A DNA stretch of 64,000 bases. Source: a virus (lineage: Duplodnaviria > Caudoviricetes). The translations under genes and the position numbers were made by a program. Below the pieces are notes generated by a model, which saw only the letters and a program-made list of their open reading frames with translations, was not told where the DNA came from and did not search any database. This document shows, in pieces, positions 10,161 through 19,614 of the stretch (the stretch's first letter is position 1; each line of letters opens with the position of its first letter). The stretch spans positions 144,086 to 208,085 of IMG/VR virus record IMGVR_UViG_3300032123_000052; one strand, 5' to 3'.

Positions 10161-11135
10161 TTATTTTCGTCTCCATTTATCATTTATATATTCGTACAAA
10201 ACCCTATCTTGATGGCTGAGTGTTGGTGCTCCGGATACTATCTCAACAACTTTATAGCCTATCTGTGGCATAGGCATGAGATATTTATCACCATTAACAC
10301 TGGCGAGGGATGTTTCAATATCCAGAAAGTGGTCACGTATCTCAACATTAACATTCCCTTGCCCTTTGACCTTTTCAAATGATACGGTGAAGCCTGTCAT
10401 TTCATACATCTGGCTGTAATCAGGAGGCGCTTCGCTTGGAATAACCTGTGCACCTTCAGGTTTTCCTCCTGAGTTAAACTGATTTCCAGTAGTCCTGTTT
10501 CTGGCTATTCCACCCTCTTGACGCTGGTTATTTCGTGCATCCTGCACCGACTGGGAGTCAAATCCAGGTTTTTTGGATTGAGTGAGCCTCTGCTCTTCAA
10601 TCACATTATCCATATTAATACAAACCTCTGGAGTTATGGGTTTCTCTTCAGACTTTCCAGGCATACTTCCTTTAATTATTGTTCCATCTTCATCATTTTT
10701 TACCGGGATGTCAATTTGTTCGAGTTCTGCAATTGCACCTTCAAGACTTTGGTTCGTCTCTTCGGCAACTGTCTCGTTGGTACCATTGGCAATTTCATCC
10801 ATAGGTGTTTTTTCAACAACCTGTTCTTCATCATCATCACCTGGAGGCTTCGGGGCTGAATATTCAACTCCATCAGTTGGGAGTTCGACATCAGATTCAT
10901 CAATCTCTTCATTGCCGCCAATTTCTAAATCCGGACCTTGCACAGTTTCCCCTGGTGTATTTTCACTACCAGTGTTATCATCAGTCTCTTCTAAAGACGG
11001 CCCGCCTGTCTGCGGCGTATATTCACCCTCACCATCAAGGTGCGCTTCACCAGTGTTTAAATCTTGATCATTATTGTTCAAGACTACTCCTTTTAAGAAA
11101 TTGTTCAATATCAATCCATACGCCATGCATTTCAT
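10161..11135 (-). CDS. acidic low-complexity protein (324 aa)
   Basis: D/E/P/G-rich, probably disordered N-terminal two thirds; start probably downstream of the track start. Confidence 0.7.
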   Translation of the reverse strand: MKCMAYGLILNNFLKGVVLNNNDQDLNTGEAHLDGEGEYTPQTGGPSLEETDDNTGSENTPGETVQGPDLEIGGNEEIDESDVELPTDGVEYSAPKPPGDDDEEQVVEKTPMDEIANGTNETVAEETNQSLEGAIAELEQIDIPVKNDEDGTIIKGSMPGKSEEKPITPEVCINMDNVIEEQRLTQSKKPGFDSQSVQDARNNQRQEGGIARNRTTGNQFNSGGKPEGAQVIPSEAPPDYSQMYEMTGFTVSFEKVKGQGNVNVEIRDHFLDIETSLASVNGDKYLMPMPQIGYKVVEIVSGAPTLSHQDRVLYEYINDKWRRK

Positions 11136-11418
11136 CAGTGAGTATTTGATTTTTGACGATTATATATATAGGGTATTCCAATGTAATAATACCGGTCCTA
11201 TCAACAAACCCAACTTCACAATCCTCACTCAGTTGTCTGCAAAGAGCTACGAGCAATTCATCATTTGTTACCTTGTCGCCATTCACTTTGAGATGATATT
11301 CATTCTTAAGTTTACCATTTACATATACTATCTCAACATCAAATCCATCAAACGATTCGTAACCATAGGTTACATTATCAGGATTGATCTGCAGGCTCTT
11401 TCCAAACGGATGGTCCAT
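11071..11418 (-). CDS. hypothetical protein
   Basis: ORF track; GGAG RBS. Confidence 0.6.
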   Translation of the reverse strand: MDHPFGKSLQINPDNVTYGYESFDGFDVEIVYVNGKLKNEYHLKVNGDKVTNDELLVALCRQLSEDCEVGFVDRTGIITLEYPIYIIVKNQILTDEMHGVWIDIEQFLKRSSLEQ

Positions 11419-11424
11419 TTCTTT

Positions 11425-11913
11425 TTACTCCTTATTATTTTTAGGAATTTCCCATTTCAAACTTTTGCAACATGGACACATTATTGGTTTTTTATTTTTT
11501 CTCGGAATCCAGATGTGTCCACATCTTTTGCATTTAGTTTGCTCCAAATGGTATATTTTATTTTTTAGCTCCACCCAATGAAGGCTTTTATCACTATGGT
11601 GTTTAGACCTATCAATTCTAAGTAAGTTCTTAGGTCTATTATCCCTTTTTATTAAATTTATATGATGAATTATATCACCAGGTCCTAAAATCTCATTATA
11701 ATACCTCTCATAAACAAGCCTGTGTAAAGGAATATTTTTTCTTTTAAAATATATAGATCTATACCCATCACCATCAGATACCAAAGATCTTTTTATACTC
11801 CATTCCATCTGGCAGACCACACACCGGTAGTGTGTTATATATACTTCGCTTTTTATTGTATAATCAATTACTTTGTGAGGTTTACTTTTACACCCAGGAC
11901 ACTCCAACATCAT
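11425..11913 (-). CDS. HNH endonuclease with flanking zinc ribbons
   Basis: LHRLVYE...IIHHINLIKRDNRPKNL HNH motif; CxxC pairs at both ends. Confidence 0.8.
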   Translation of the reverse strand: MMLECPGCKSKPHKVIDYTIKSEVYITHYRCVVCQMEWSIKRSLVSDGDGYRSIYFKRKNIPLHRLVYERYYNEILGPGDIIHHINLIKRDNRPKNLLRIDRSKHHSDKSLHWVELKNKIYHLEQTKCKRCGHIWIPRKNKKPIMCPCCKSLKWEIPKNNKE

Positions 11914-11996
11914 TTATTATATCCTTAAAATATAAGTAAGCTTACTTATAATATAAGTGTGTTTGTTTCAAAATTCAAACATTTTTTTATATATTT

Positions 11997-12767
11997 TCAA
12001 TAAATATCATCAATACGCTTTATGCTGTTAATGTTAATCTCTGTGATTGAGCTACCATCCCACATTCTGATACACAAAGCATCGGCATACCTGAATTCTC
12101 CAACATAAATCACACCACTATACTGATGGATAGCATAGTGATGATTTGTCTCAAGGCATTTTCCTGCAACATCCCGCCGCCAGTAATCACACATCTCAGA
12201 ATAGGTCATCAGGATGACATTTTCAATATTATCAATATTAACAATGTGAAACACACCTTCAGCCTGTGTCATCCTTATCGTACCGTCGCGCCCAAGGCTG
12301 CAGAATTCTCCAATAACATCATTACCACCATTTTTATCTTTAATCTTATAATGGTTTCCGGGGCGCATTTTGGTATTATTGATAGTAACTCCCTGTTTAC
12401 CATCGAAATGCTGAAAGCCCATCCAGTCCTGTTTTGGGATATCATCTTCATCCTGGGCCGCCGTCTCAAGTATATTTGATTCAACTAGATCGTCATCACC
12501 ATTCTCATCATGATTTGTTTCATAGTAATCCCACTCTTCTTCTTCAAACATTTCTCTCTTCCATGGTATATATACCAGAAGAGCTTCAATTACCGGACAA
12601 TTCTCCGGTTTATTCTCTATACACCACACTCCGAGACTGCAATTACAATCCTGCTCACCACGAGCGTCTGTATGCATATCATCATAATTTAAGTGTGGGC
12701 AAGGCATATTTCTGAGTTCATTGAATATCTGCTCAGTTCCGCTGGTTATATCGGTCTTTGTTATCAA
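11997..12767 (-). CDS. hypothetical protein (256 aa)
   Basis: Two similar short beta-rich units near C-terminus (GEFC..NIDNIENV / GEFR..NINSIKRI). Confidence 0.65.
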   Translation of the reverse strand: MITKTDITSGTEQIFNELRNMPCPHLNYDDMHTDARGEQDCNCSLGVWCIENKPENCPVIEALLVYIPWKREMFEEEEWDYYETNHDENGDDDLVESNILETAAQDEDDIPKQDWMGFQHFDGKQGVTINNTKMRPGNHYKIKDKNGGNDVIGEFCSLGRDGTIRMTQAEGVFHIVNIDNIENVILMTYSEMCDYWRRDVAGKCLETNHHYAIHQYSGVIYVGEFRYADALCIRMWDGSSITEININSIKRIDDIY

Positions 12768-12822
12768 AATATTCCTTTCTCCATATTAGACATAATACCA
12801 TCATCAATCGCGTCGTCCCAAT

Positions 12823-13263
12823 TTACCATATACCACCTTTCTTTTTAATTATTCTCTCCACATGTGGAATACCATATTCATACATTGCTGTAAATTGATT
12901 TGGGCCCCATCCTGCTTTTTTAAATATTGTAATAAGACTTTCAGCTAATTCGCCCATTTCTCCCAACAATACTACCTGTGGGTGTTTTATATTATACAAA
13001 GCTTTAATTAAACCATTAAAATCATCAGCGCTTATTTTTTTTTCCTTTTTTATATAATAATTAGCGATAGTTTCGGTTACAGCTTTTTGATTTATCTCAA
13101 AACACTGGCTAATTAATTGGATCATTCTACCTGCCAGATTCATATGAATCATACACCCATATGTTTTTCCAATTATCCCACGGATACACTGACAAGATAA
13201 ATATCGTGGGGACTGCTCTTCCTTTTTTTTCAACCTAAACCTCCGTTCAAAATCAAAAATCAA
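12823..13263 (-). CDS. hypothetical protein
   Basis: ORF track. Confidence 0.6.
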   Translation of the reverse strand: MIFDFERRFRLKKKEEQSPRYLSCQCIRGIIGKTYGCMIHMNLAGRMIQLISQCFEINQKAVTETIANYYIKKEKKISADDFNGLIKALYNIKHPQVVLLGEMGELAESLITIFKKAGWGPNQFTAMYEYGIPHVERIIKKKGGIW

Positions 13264-13520
13264 TGACTTATTTTTACAACATTTTTACTAATCTTCTAAA
13301 AATCAATGCCCCAAATTTACAAATTCCTTTACAAAATGAATGGTTCTGAGAACCTGCAAGAATCGTGCCAATCGTTTATTAAGCGATTAAACCAAAACTC
13401 GAGCCTTGTGACATGATTGCAAGTAGTTTTGCTGTTATGTCACTATACCTACTGTTCGAGTAGAGCTTTTTAAACCTTGCCTTGAATTTACGCTTCTCAG
13501 AACTATTCATTTTGTCAAGC

Positions 13521-13660
13521 CTTATATAAACATAAGTCTATACTATATATATAATTAACTAATATATATAATAATAATAATATATAATAAGTAATTGATA
13601 TTAATATACTTATATAGTATTAATATATCTTTTGTACTTTTTTACATATGTATGTTATAC
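13521..13660. other. extremely AT-rich non-coding tract (candidate DNA-unwinding element)
   Basis: Long TA/TAA runs with almost no G/C inside a ~630-nt gap lacking ORFs of 60 aa or more. Confidence 0.3.
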
Positions 13661-13893
13661 ATACTCTAAAGATTCACAAAAATTTAGTGACACATTAGCA
13701 AGGAGAAAGTGTGTTTGTAGATAATAGATATTTCCCGCGCGTTATATACAAAAAAAAAGTACAAAAAGTTTGAGGGTATTTCTCTTTAATAGACCAGAAG
13801 GTGGTCAAGAGAACCGAATAATATAATGGATTTGTATTTTAGAAGCAAGAGGTTTTTTTCTTTTTTTCAAAGTTTATATCTATCAGGTATCCT

Positions 13894-14352
13894 TTAACCT
13901 CCTGAGAATATCTCATCAATTAATTGATTAAACGATTCGACCACACCTGCAGGTTGAGAATTATCATCACACTGTATTGTGTTGCAGCTCACACACCTTT
14001 CGTCCCAGTGTTTCCACATATCACCACAACCGGCACATAATGGTTTCCTAACACGACTCCAAGATGAACAATTTATCACTGTGATCATATATTTAATTCT
14101 TTGCCAGAAGAATGGGTTAAATGGTATATGTTCGCACGATATTCTTTTTTTATCACGAGAGCATGTGCACGAATAACATTCATCACCGTACAATTCTGCG
14201 TTAGTAACAACAAACGTGCTTTTGATTTTATCATAGAAATGTAAAAAAATTTCTGTATTAAACATTACATATTCACCAGGGTCTCCAGATATTGTTGCAT
14301 AAAATGACCCCCATGGAGGGTATGCTTTGACTTCATATTTTATTCGTACCAA
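13894..14352 (-). CDS. hypothetical protein with C-terminal zinc ribbon
   Basis: CAGCGDMWKHWDERCVSC. Confidence 0.65.
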   Translation of the reverse strand: MVRIKYEVKAYPPWGSFYATISGDPGEYVMFNTEIFLHFYDKIKSTFVVTNAELYGDECYSCTCSRDKKRISCEHIPFNPFFWQRIKYMITVINCSSWSRVRKPLCAGCGDMWKHWDERCVSCNTIQCDDNSQPAGVVESFNQLIDEIFSGG

Positions 14353-14809
14353 AAGTTTCCTCCATTAAGATATTAAATTCCGTTGCGACATCCAAATTCT
14401 GTGCACACCTACAGCCATTGCACCTTTTCCCAGGGAAATGAAGCCACGCATCACCACACCCGTGACATTCGACACAAAACATCAACCTGAATTCCTGTAT
14501 CATATTGTACACATCTTTCCAGAAATTATAAGCAGGTATTTTATTAATCATTATTGTGGTTTTTGTTGTATCTATATCGATAATACAAGCCCCATGAATA
14601 TCTAAAAAATTACACCCAATAATATTATTATTATAAGCGGTATAATAATTTAGATTAATTTTTTTGTTATATTTTGATATGGTGGCTTCAGGAATGGCCC
14701 CTTTTTGCATTTCAATCAACAAAACTCCATATTGGGTAATTTTACTCAACGCGGATTTGAATAACACTTTTATTGGTGGACTGTTTGGTTTTATCAATTT
14801 ATCAGACAT
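14333..14809 (-). CDS. hypothetical protein with C-terminal zinc ribbon (paralog of 13894..14352)
   Basis: CHGCGDAWLHFPGKRCNGC. Confidence 0.65.
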   Translation of the reverse strand: MSDKLIKPNSPPIKVLFKSALSKITQYGVLLIEMQKGAIPEATISKYNKKINLNYYTAYNNNIIGCNFLDIHGACIIDIDTTKTTIMINKIPAYNFWKDVYNMIQEFRLMFCVECHGCGDAWLHFPGKRCNGCRCAQNLDVATEFNILMEETFGTNKI

Positions 14810-14993
14810 AAGAACTATCCTCCTGAAATTAATTAAAAAATAATTACCTCATCTATAATTGTTATATCAGATTTGTAGATGCAATAACAGCTAAAAAAAA
14901 AGAGGCAAGTTGTTCTGCCTCGATTTTCTACGTTTACAGTACCACGCAATGGCGCAGCTTATAATTCCACCATCGTATGTGAAATGTGTGCTG

Positions 14994-15245
14994 TTACGCT
15001 ATGACCGCATTGATACGCTCATTATTGTCGAGAAGCCACTCTTGACGAAGAGCCGGGCCGTGAATAGCTGCACACTCTTTAAGCAAAGTAATGGCATCAC
15101 TTTCGTTGTTGGTTGATGTGGAGCGTAATGCTGCCTCTACATCAGAAAGTTTGACATACACTGGTACCCCTTCACATTTACCACGCATCATACCATCAAC
15201 AGTATCAGGATAGTATCTAGTAACTTTTTTCAAACTTTTTATCAT
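14994..15245 (-). CDS. hypothetical protein
   Basis: Start MIKSLKK at 15245 behind AAGGAG RBS (track start 15335 overlaps upstream gene). Confidence 0.55.
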   Translation of the reverse strand: MIKSLKKVTRYYPDTVDGMMRGKCEGVPVYVKLSDVEAALRSTSTNNESDAITLLKECAAIHGPALRQEWLLDNNERINAVIA

Positions 15246-15306
15246 AATATTCTCCTTTAAGCGGAATTTCAACCATCTGCTGATATACCGTGCTTTTGTG
15301 CTACGG

Positions 15307-15558
15307 TTATTGTGTGACGTTTGCTTCGATTCCACCCAAAACGCGGTTTGATTCCACCTTAAACAATGGAAAAGGGCTGGTAGTGTCTACTAACCAATGG
15401 CGGCCACACGGACACCTAGCGATATATACTGTTTTGCCAGAAACACAGTCTACAAAGTCAGGCTCGTGGCCGGTCATAAACCAATGAAGACCTAAATTAC
15501 ATGTTATCATATCACCTCCAATTTTAAAAAAAAATAAATATGTGAAGTGAACGTACAA
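15307..15558 (-). CDS. small Cys-rich protein
   Basis: MITCNLGLHW..DCVSG..RCPCGRHW; true start probably MITC behind GGAGG. Confidence 0.55.
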   Translation of the reverse strand: MYVHFTYLFFFKIGGDMITCNLGLHWFMTGHEPDFVDCVSGKTVYIARCPCGRHWLVDTTSPFPLFKVESNRVLGGIEANVTQ

Positions 15559-15692
15559 CGTTTGCTAAACGGCTGATAGCTGCCGAAGCTGATCAACAAC
15601 CTCGGCAATGTCTTTAATATGATATTTTGCACCATAATGATTTTGGGTTTCTAATACATCTGCGGCCTTGGAAATTTTTGTCTTTAGCTGTT
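15557..15692. repeat. attC-like imperfect palindrome A
   Basis: AAC-GTTTG-CTAAA ... TTTAG-CT-GTT; encloses 3' end of 15565..15894. Confidence 0.45.
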
Positions 15693-15894
15693 TTGTGACC
15701 GTTTCTGTTGATTCCTTATCTAAAATCACAGCGGCTTTATAAGCCGCTTCCACATTGCACTTTTTTTTATGCTTAATATCACTGATGAGCCACGCCTTTT
15801 CTCCACATCCACGACATACCGACAGAATATTGTCGCTATCATAAAGCCATTCACCAAATGCATATTCTATTAATACTTCGACTAATTTGCTCAT
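15565..15894 (-). CDS. hypothetical protein
   Basis: ORF track. Confidence 0.6.
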   Translation of the reverse strand: MSKLVEVLIEYAFGEWLYDSDNILSVCRGCGEKAWLISDIKHKKKCNVEAAYKAAVILDKESTETVTKQLKTKISKAADVLETQNHYGAKYHIKDIAEVVDQLRQLSAV

Positions 15895-15942
15895 AATTTT
15901 CCTTTCTGGTAGTATTATTTGTAGAGGATTGTTCCCACAGCT

Positions 15943-16785
15943 TTATTTGCAGACGATTTCGAAGAACATCGCATCAATGTGTTTATAATCATCATCAGTT
16001 AATTCTTTAACGTCTAATGCATCTGCGTAATTTCCATACACATCAAATTGTTTTTCGCAAAACGTGTCAAGAGTTTTAATTCGTGGGCCGCGGCCAAGCT
16101 CATCACCACTCTTTTTCTGTGAAATTAGATCCTTAACGATATTCTCTATATCGGTAAATTCATCAGATTGAACCGTTCCAATATATTTGATTATCTTATC
16201 AAATTTCATTGGGGGGATGTCGCCACCATGCCTCATCATCCATTCACACGCATAAATAGGCCTGAGTACGTACAGGTATTTTTTAACTATTACATCACCT
16301 TCGACGTTTTTAATGTACTGAGTAAAATTCTTCCTGGCCATATACTCGTAATGATGAATACCAGATTTGGTTTTAAAAAACTTTTCAGCCAATTGTTGTA
16401 TAGTATAAACGATGAATGGTTTTTTTATATATACTATAGGAGAATGTAGCCACTCAGCTACTGCTGGGTTTCCTTTTGATATTAACCTGAGTGCTTTGCT
16501 GATATCAAAACCAACAAAATCTAACTCCTCATCCTCGAGAGATCGTATGTACTTACTTGTACCAATGTTACCTTTGTTACGGTCGATAACGTCACGCACT
16601 GGATTTATTGAGAAGTACTTGCTAATCGGCCGGGTGTAAACAAACCGGATATCATAGTCACTATCATCAGATTCAAAACCCCAAGCCCTGCTACCTGACT
16701 CACAAGCGTAGATGATTTTTATATTCTCCATTATTTCGATATTTTTCAATATCTCGATAATTCTATTTATTTTTGTAAATTCCAC
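15943..16785 (-). CDS. YcgL/RlaP-like nucleotidyltransferase
   Basis: IIYACESGSRAWGFESDDSDYDIRFVY (GS..D.D pol-beta motif); KKYLYVLRP. Confidence 0.85.
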   Translation of the reverse strand: MEFTKINRIIEILKNIEIMENIKIIYACESGSRAWGFESDDSDYDIRFVYTRPISKYFSINPVRDVIDRNKGNIGTSKYIRSLEDEELDFVGFDISKALRLISKGNPAVAEWLHSPIVYIKKPFIVYTIQQLAEKFFKTKSGIHHYEYMARKNFTQYIKNVEGDVIVKKYLYVLRPIYACEWMMRHGGDIPPMKFDKIIKYIGTVQSDEFTDIENIVKDLISQKKSGDELGRGPRIKTLDTFCEKQFDVYGNYADALDVKELTDDDYKHIDAMFFEIVCK

Positions 16786-16881
16786 AAAACCCCCTTTATA
16801 GCGCTTGGTTAAAGAGATTGAATTATTATACGATTTTTATTATCATAAAATCTATTAACACATATTTTTCTGCTATCCTTC

Positions 16882-17412
16882 TTATTTATTTACAGGGTCC
16901 CTAAAGGATTGGCTATCTTTTTCTTTAGGGTCTGTACAGATCTCAAGCATGTTGGGAGACTCAAAAACGTCATACCCTATATGGCTTTTACAGGGTATGA
17001 AGTCCAATATGCCATATACATGCTGTTTGAACATCTCATCTTTTATTACAAATAGCTTTTTGAGTTTCAGTTTACTTTTATATCTTTGCGCCACCTTCTC
17101 CGTTTCTTGCGATTCATTATTGTTATAAAATGAAGACGTTTCCACTTTTTGTATTATACAATCCTTATTGACTATTATTTTTAAAGGAGAATCGGATGTG
17201 TGGCTAAGGCCGCCACCCCAATCTCCATATCCGCTATACACCCTGCCTATCCCGATTTCTATAAAACAATTGTCATATAGATAATCATCAGAAATAAATC
17301 CGAATCCAACACCATTTCGGATATACGACTTTCTACCAAACGCCTTAAACAGACTAATATCAGAAACAGTATCTAAAATCTTGTTTCGAAATAAAGCAAA
17401 TGGCCATTTCAT
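16882..17412 (-). CDS. hypothetical protein
   Basis: Start MKWPF at 17412 behind AAGGAG RBS. Confidence 0.6.
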   Translation of the reverse strand: MKWPFALFRNKILDTVSDISLFKAFGRKSYIRNGVGFGFISDDYLYDNCFIEIGIGRVYSGYGDWGGGLSHTSDSPLKIIVNKDCIIQKVETSSFYNNNESQETEKVAQRYKSKLKLKKLFVIKDEMFKQHVYGILDFIPCKSHIGYDVFESPNMLEICTDPKEKDSQSFRDPVNK

Positions 17413-17473
17413 TATTTTCTCCTTATGAATAAAAAAGGTGAGCAAGTGTTCCAAGCGAATGGTAAACACCTCA

Positions 17474-17689
17474 TTAATTAAAAATTGCGAATGTGTTTTC
17501 TTTTTCATTCTTCTTTTTATTTTTCAACTCTTCCCAATGCTTTCTACTCTTACTGCAGGTTTTGTATAGTATACAATCTGTCCCGAAAAAAGATATTTTA
17601 TTAGGGCCTGCCCGCCAAGCCATACCGCAACGCAACTTAGAGAAATCAACATCACAAGTATCCTCATGATAGCATTTAGGCTTTTCCAA
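17474..17689 (-). CDS. small Cys-rich protein
   Basis: GGAGG RBS; four Cys. Confidence 0.55.
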   Translation of the reverse strand: MEKPKCYHEDTCDVDFSKLRCGMAWRAGPNKISFFGTDCILYKTCSKSRKHWEELKNKKKNEKENTFAIFN

Positions 17690-17945
17690 ATTATCCTCCT
17701 TATTAATAAAAAAAGGTGAGCAGACGTTTCAGGCGCTCACTAGAAAAACGGTGGTTTGAAATCTTCGTACCAACATTATCCTAATTTATAATATATAATG
17801 CCTATATAACAACGGATGTATTCAAACTCATCAGACCGCCATTACCTCGGAAATCACAGCTAATCCTCGACTTTGCTTTCGCCTTCAGCACTTATCAGCC
17901 CCCTGTGTGGGTACTCCGTGCCAGCGTTGCTATATAGGTGTTTGT

Positions 17946-18035
17946 GTCGGCTTTGCGGAGTCGAACCGCTTCCACCAGTCCCTCAATAATTAAACTGGTG
18001 TGTTTTTGACATCTGAACCGCCTGATGAGTGCCGA
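17946..18035 (-). ncRNA. tRNA-like element (non-canonical cloverleaf)
   Basis: TCGGC/GCCGA acceptor (5 bp), CATC-AGGCGGTTCA-GATG D-like arm, CACCAGT/ACTGGTG arm with 14-nt loop, GCGG-TTCGACT-CCGC T arm. Confidence 0.4.
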
Positions 18036-18453
18036 AGTGATGGGCCGGGAGGGGTTGGCCTAGTCCCGTATCAGCAGTCGCTTATAGCCAACGTTGGGCC
18101 CCTCTTGTAATCACTCTTCGGTTTAGTCGGACTTTTACCGAACCTGACTGGCAGGAGTTGTATTTTTAGAGGCCTCGGCAAGGGCAGGAGCTTATCCCCA
18201 CTCACTTTTATATAGCGACCTCGGCCGACCCAGCGCTTTGTTGATAATAAATTGATACGTGTGCTTCTACGCCAAAAAATCCACCTACACGTCCACATTA
18301 ATACCTACTGGATACTACGTGATAAATATTTGATTCCCAGTACCCCTATATAAAAATAGGATTCACGATTCTATGTGGAGGCGATTTACTCATTAAAGAT
18401 GGCTGCCTCTAAGCCTACTACGTATCAATCAACCTTTATATATCGACATTTAG

Positions 18454-18939
18454 TTAAAGTTTAGCCGAATTAACCGCAGTTTCTATAATATCTATTTTTG
18501 TTTTAAGATCGTTTATCAGAATGGCACTTTGTTCGACATTTACTATAATTTTGTTTTTATTAACAAACATTTCGCAAGCTTTTGGATTTATAAATCCTAT
18601 ACTAACATCACCATCATTAAATCCTAATATTACACCAAGTTGAAGTGTTAAAGATTCCTTGCCCCAGTTTGGTTTTATGATTTCATTTATCTTTTTTTCA
18701 ATTTGACGATTTGCGCATCTAATATTAATAAATGAACTATCGGCAGATGTTAGAAGCATCCACCCAGAACCATGAAGCACACCGCTGTCAAAAAGGACAT
18801 TTATTTTTTCTTGTAATGTTCTTGCGGATAGTGTATTGATATCATTTTGAAGCACATCAATAGCACCTCGATGATAATTTATTTTATCTTGTAATTGGTT
18901 AATTTTATCTTCCATTAAATCCTCCATGCAAAAAGACAT
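18454..18939 (-). CDS. hypothetical protein
   Basis: ORF track; coiled-coil ends. Confidence 0.6.
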   Translation of the reverse strand: MSFCMEDLMEDKINQLQDKINYHRGAIDVLQNDINTLSARTLQEKINVLFDSGVLHGSGWMLLTSADSSFINIRCANRQIEKKINEIIKPNWGKESLTLQLGVILGFNDGDVSIGFINPKACEMFVNKNKIIVNVEQSAILINDLKTKIDIIETAVNSAKL

Positions 18940-19032
18940 AGGCCGGATTGGCTACCGGCCCACGCATTACTTTTTCTTTGCTTTAAATAGTTAAAAAAAG
19001 ATGTTCGGGAGAATCATTTTTTTTATAATACA

Positions 19033-19278
19033 TCATAAGGGACAGCATGCTAAGCGAACTCTGGCAGTTACACGCATCCGGTCGTCGTGACGCGCCCTGA
19101 CGAGATTAGTCATGGCTTTTATACTTTTATCTACAACAGCAACACTTGCCATTGTATTGCACATATTTGCCTTGCCAGTTCTGTGGTCTTTTAAGATACT
19201 ACCAACCTCATCAACAGTGTCAAGACATTTTTTCTGCGCCTCAAGACTGATAGCATTTCCGTTTCTTGACACAACCAA
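19033..19278 (-). CDS. hypothetical protein
   Basis: ORF track; GGAGG RBS. Confidence 0.5.
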   Translation of the reverse strand: MVVSRNGNAISLEAQKKCLDTVDEVGSILKDHRTGKANMCNTMASVAVVDKSIKAMTNLVRARHDDRMRVTARVRLACCPL

Positions 19279-19480
19279 CCTCCTTTTTTAATTGTTTAAA
19301 TGATACTTTTCCAGTACGAAATACACGTCGTAATTTTGCATCTTCTCCAAATCTTGGAAAATACCTTCTCCTTGACCCGTGTTCGTTCCTTCTACACCGC
19401 TCATTGTGATACTCTTGCTTCGGTGTTTCAGGAACGAACAATATTCCGCAATGTGGACAGATTTTACTTTGTAAAGGCAT
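19241..19480 (-). CDS. small zinc-finger protein
   Basis: CPHCG..F.P..P.Q.YH...C motif; directly downstream of the CRISPR locus. Confidence 0.55.
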   Translation of the reverse strand: MPLQSKICPHCGILFVPETPKQEYHNERCRRNEHGSRRRYFPRFGEDAKLRRVFRTGKVSFKQLKKEVGCVKKRKCYQS

Positions 19481-19504
19481 TTTTATCTCCTATAAATTAA
19501 AAAT

Positions 19505-19580
19505 GCGCGTGAGGGTGCTCCGTCGGAGCATTATGTCGCATCGTGGCGACACATACGTTAAATGGTAAACGCTAAACAAC
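19505..19580 (-). ncRNA. tracrRNA-like RNA, copy A (trailer side of array)
   Basis: 76-nt near-duplicate of 20425-20500; CCAUUU and CCCUCACGCGC segments complementary to the repeat; two hairpins; followed by U-run. Confidence 0.75.
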
Positions 19581-19614
19581 ATTTGGAACTATTTTTAATT
19601 TATTTAGGAAAAAA

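Noticed and set aside
17830-18040. Hammerhead ribozyme (CTGATGAG on both strands, GAAA nearby)
   Set aside because: Stem I and the NUH cleavage triplet cannot be formed; the + strand copy has GAAG rather than GAAA.
17940-18140. RNase P RNA (AAAGTCCG motif)
   Set aside because: The complementary P4 strand is not on the same strand; the two motifs are direct repeats.
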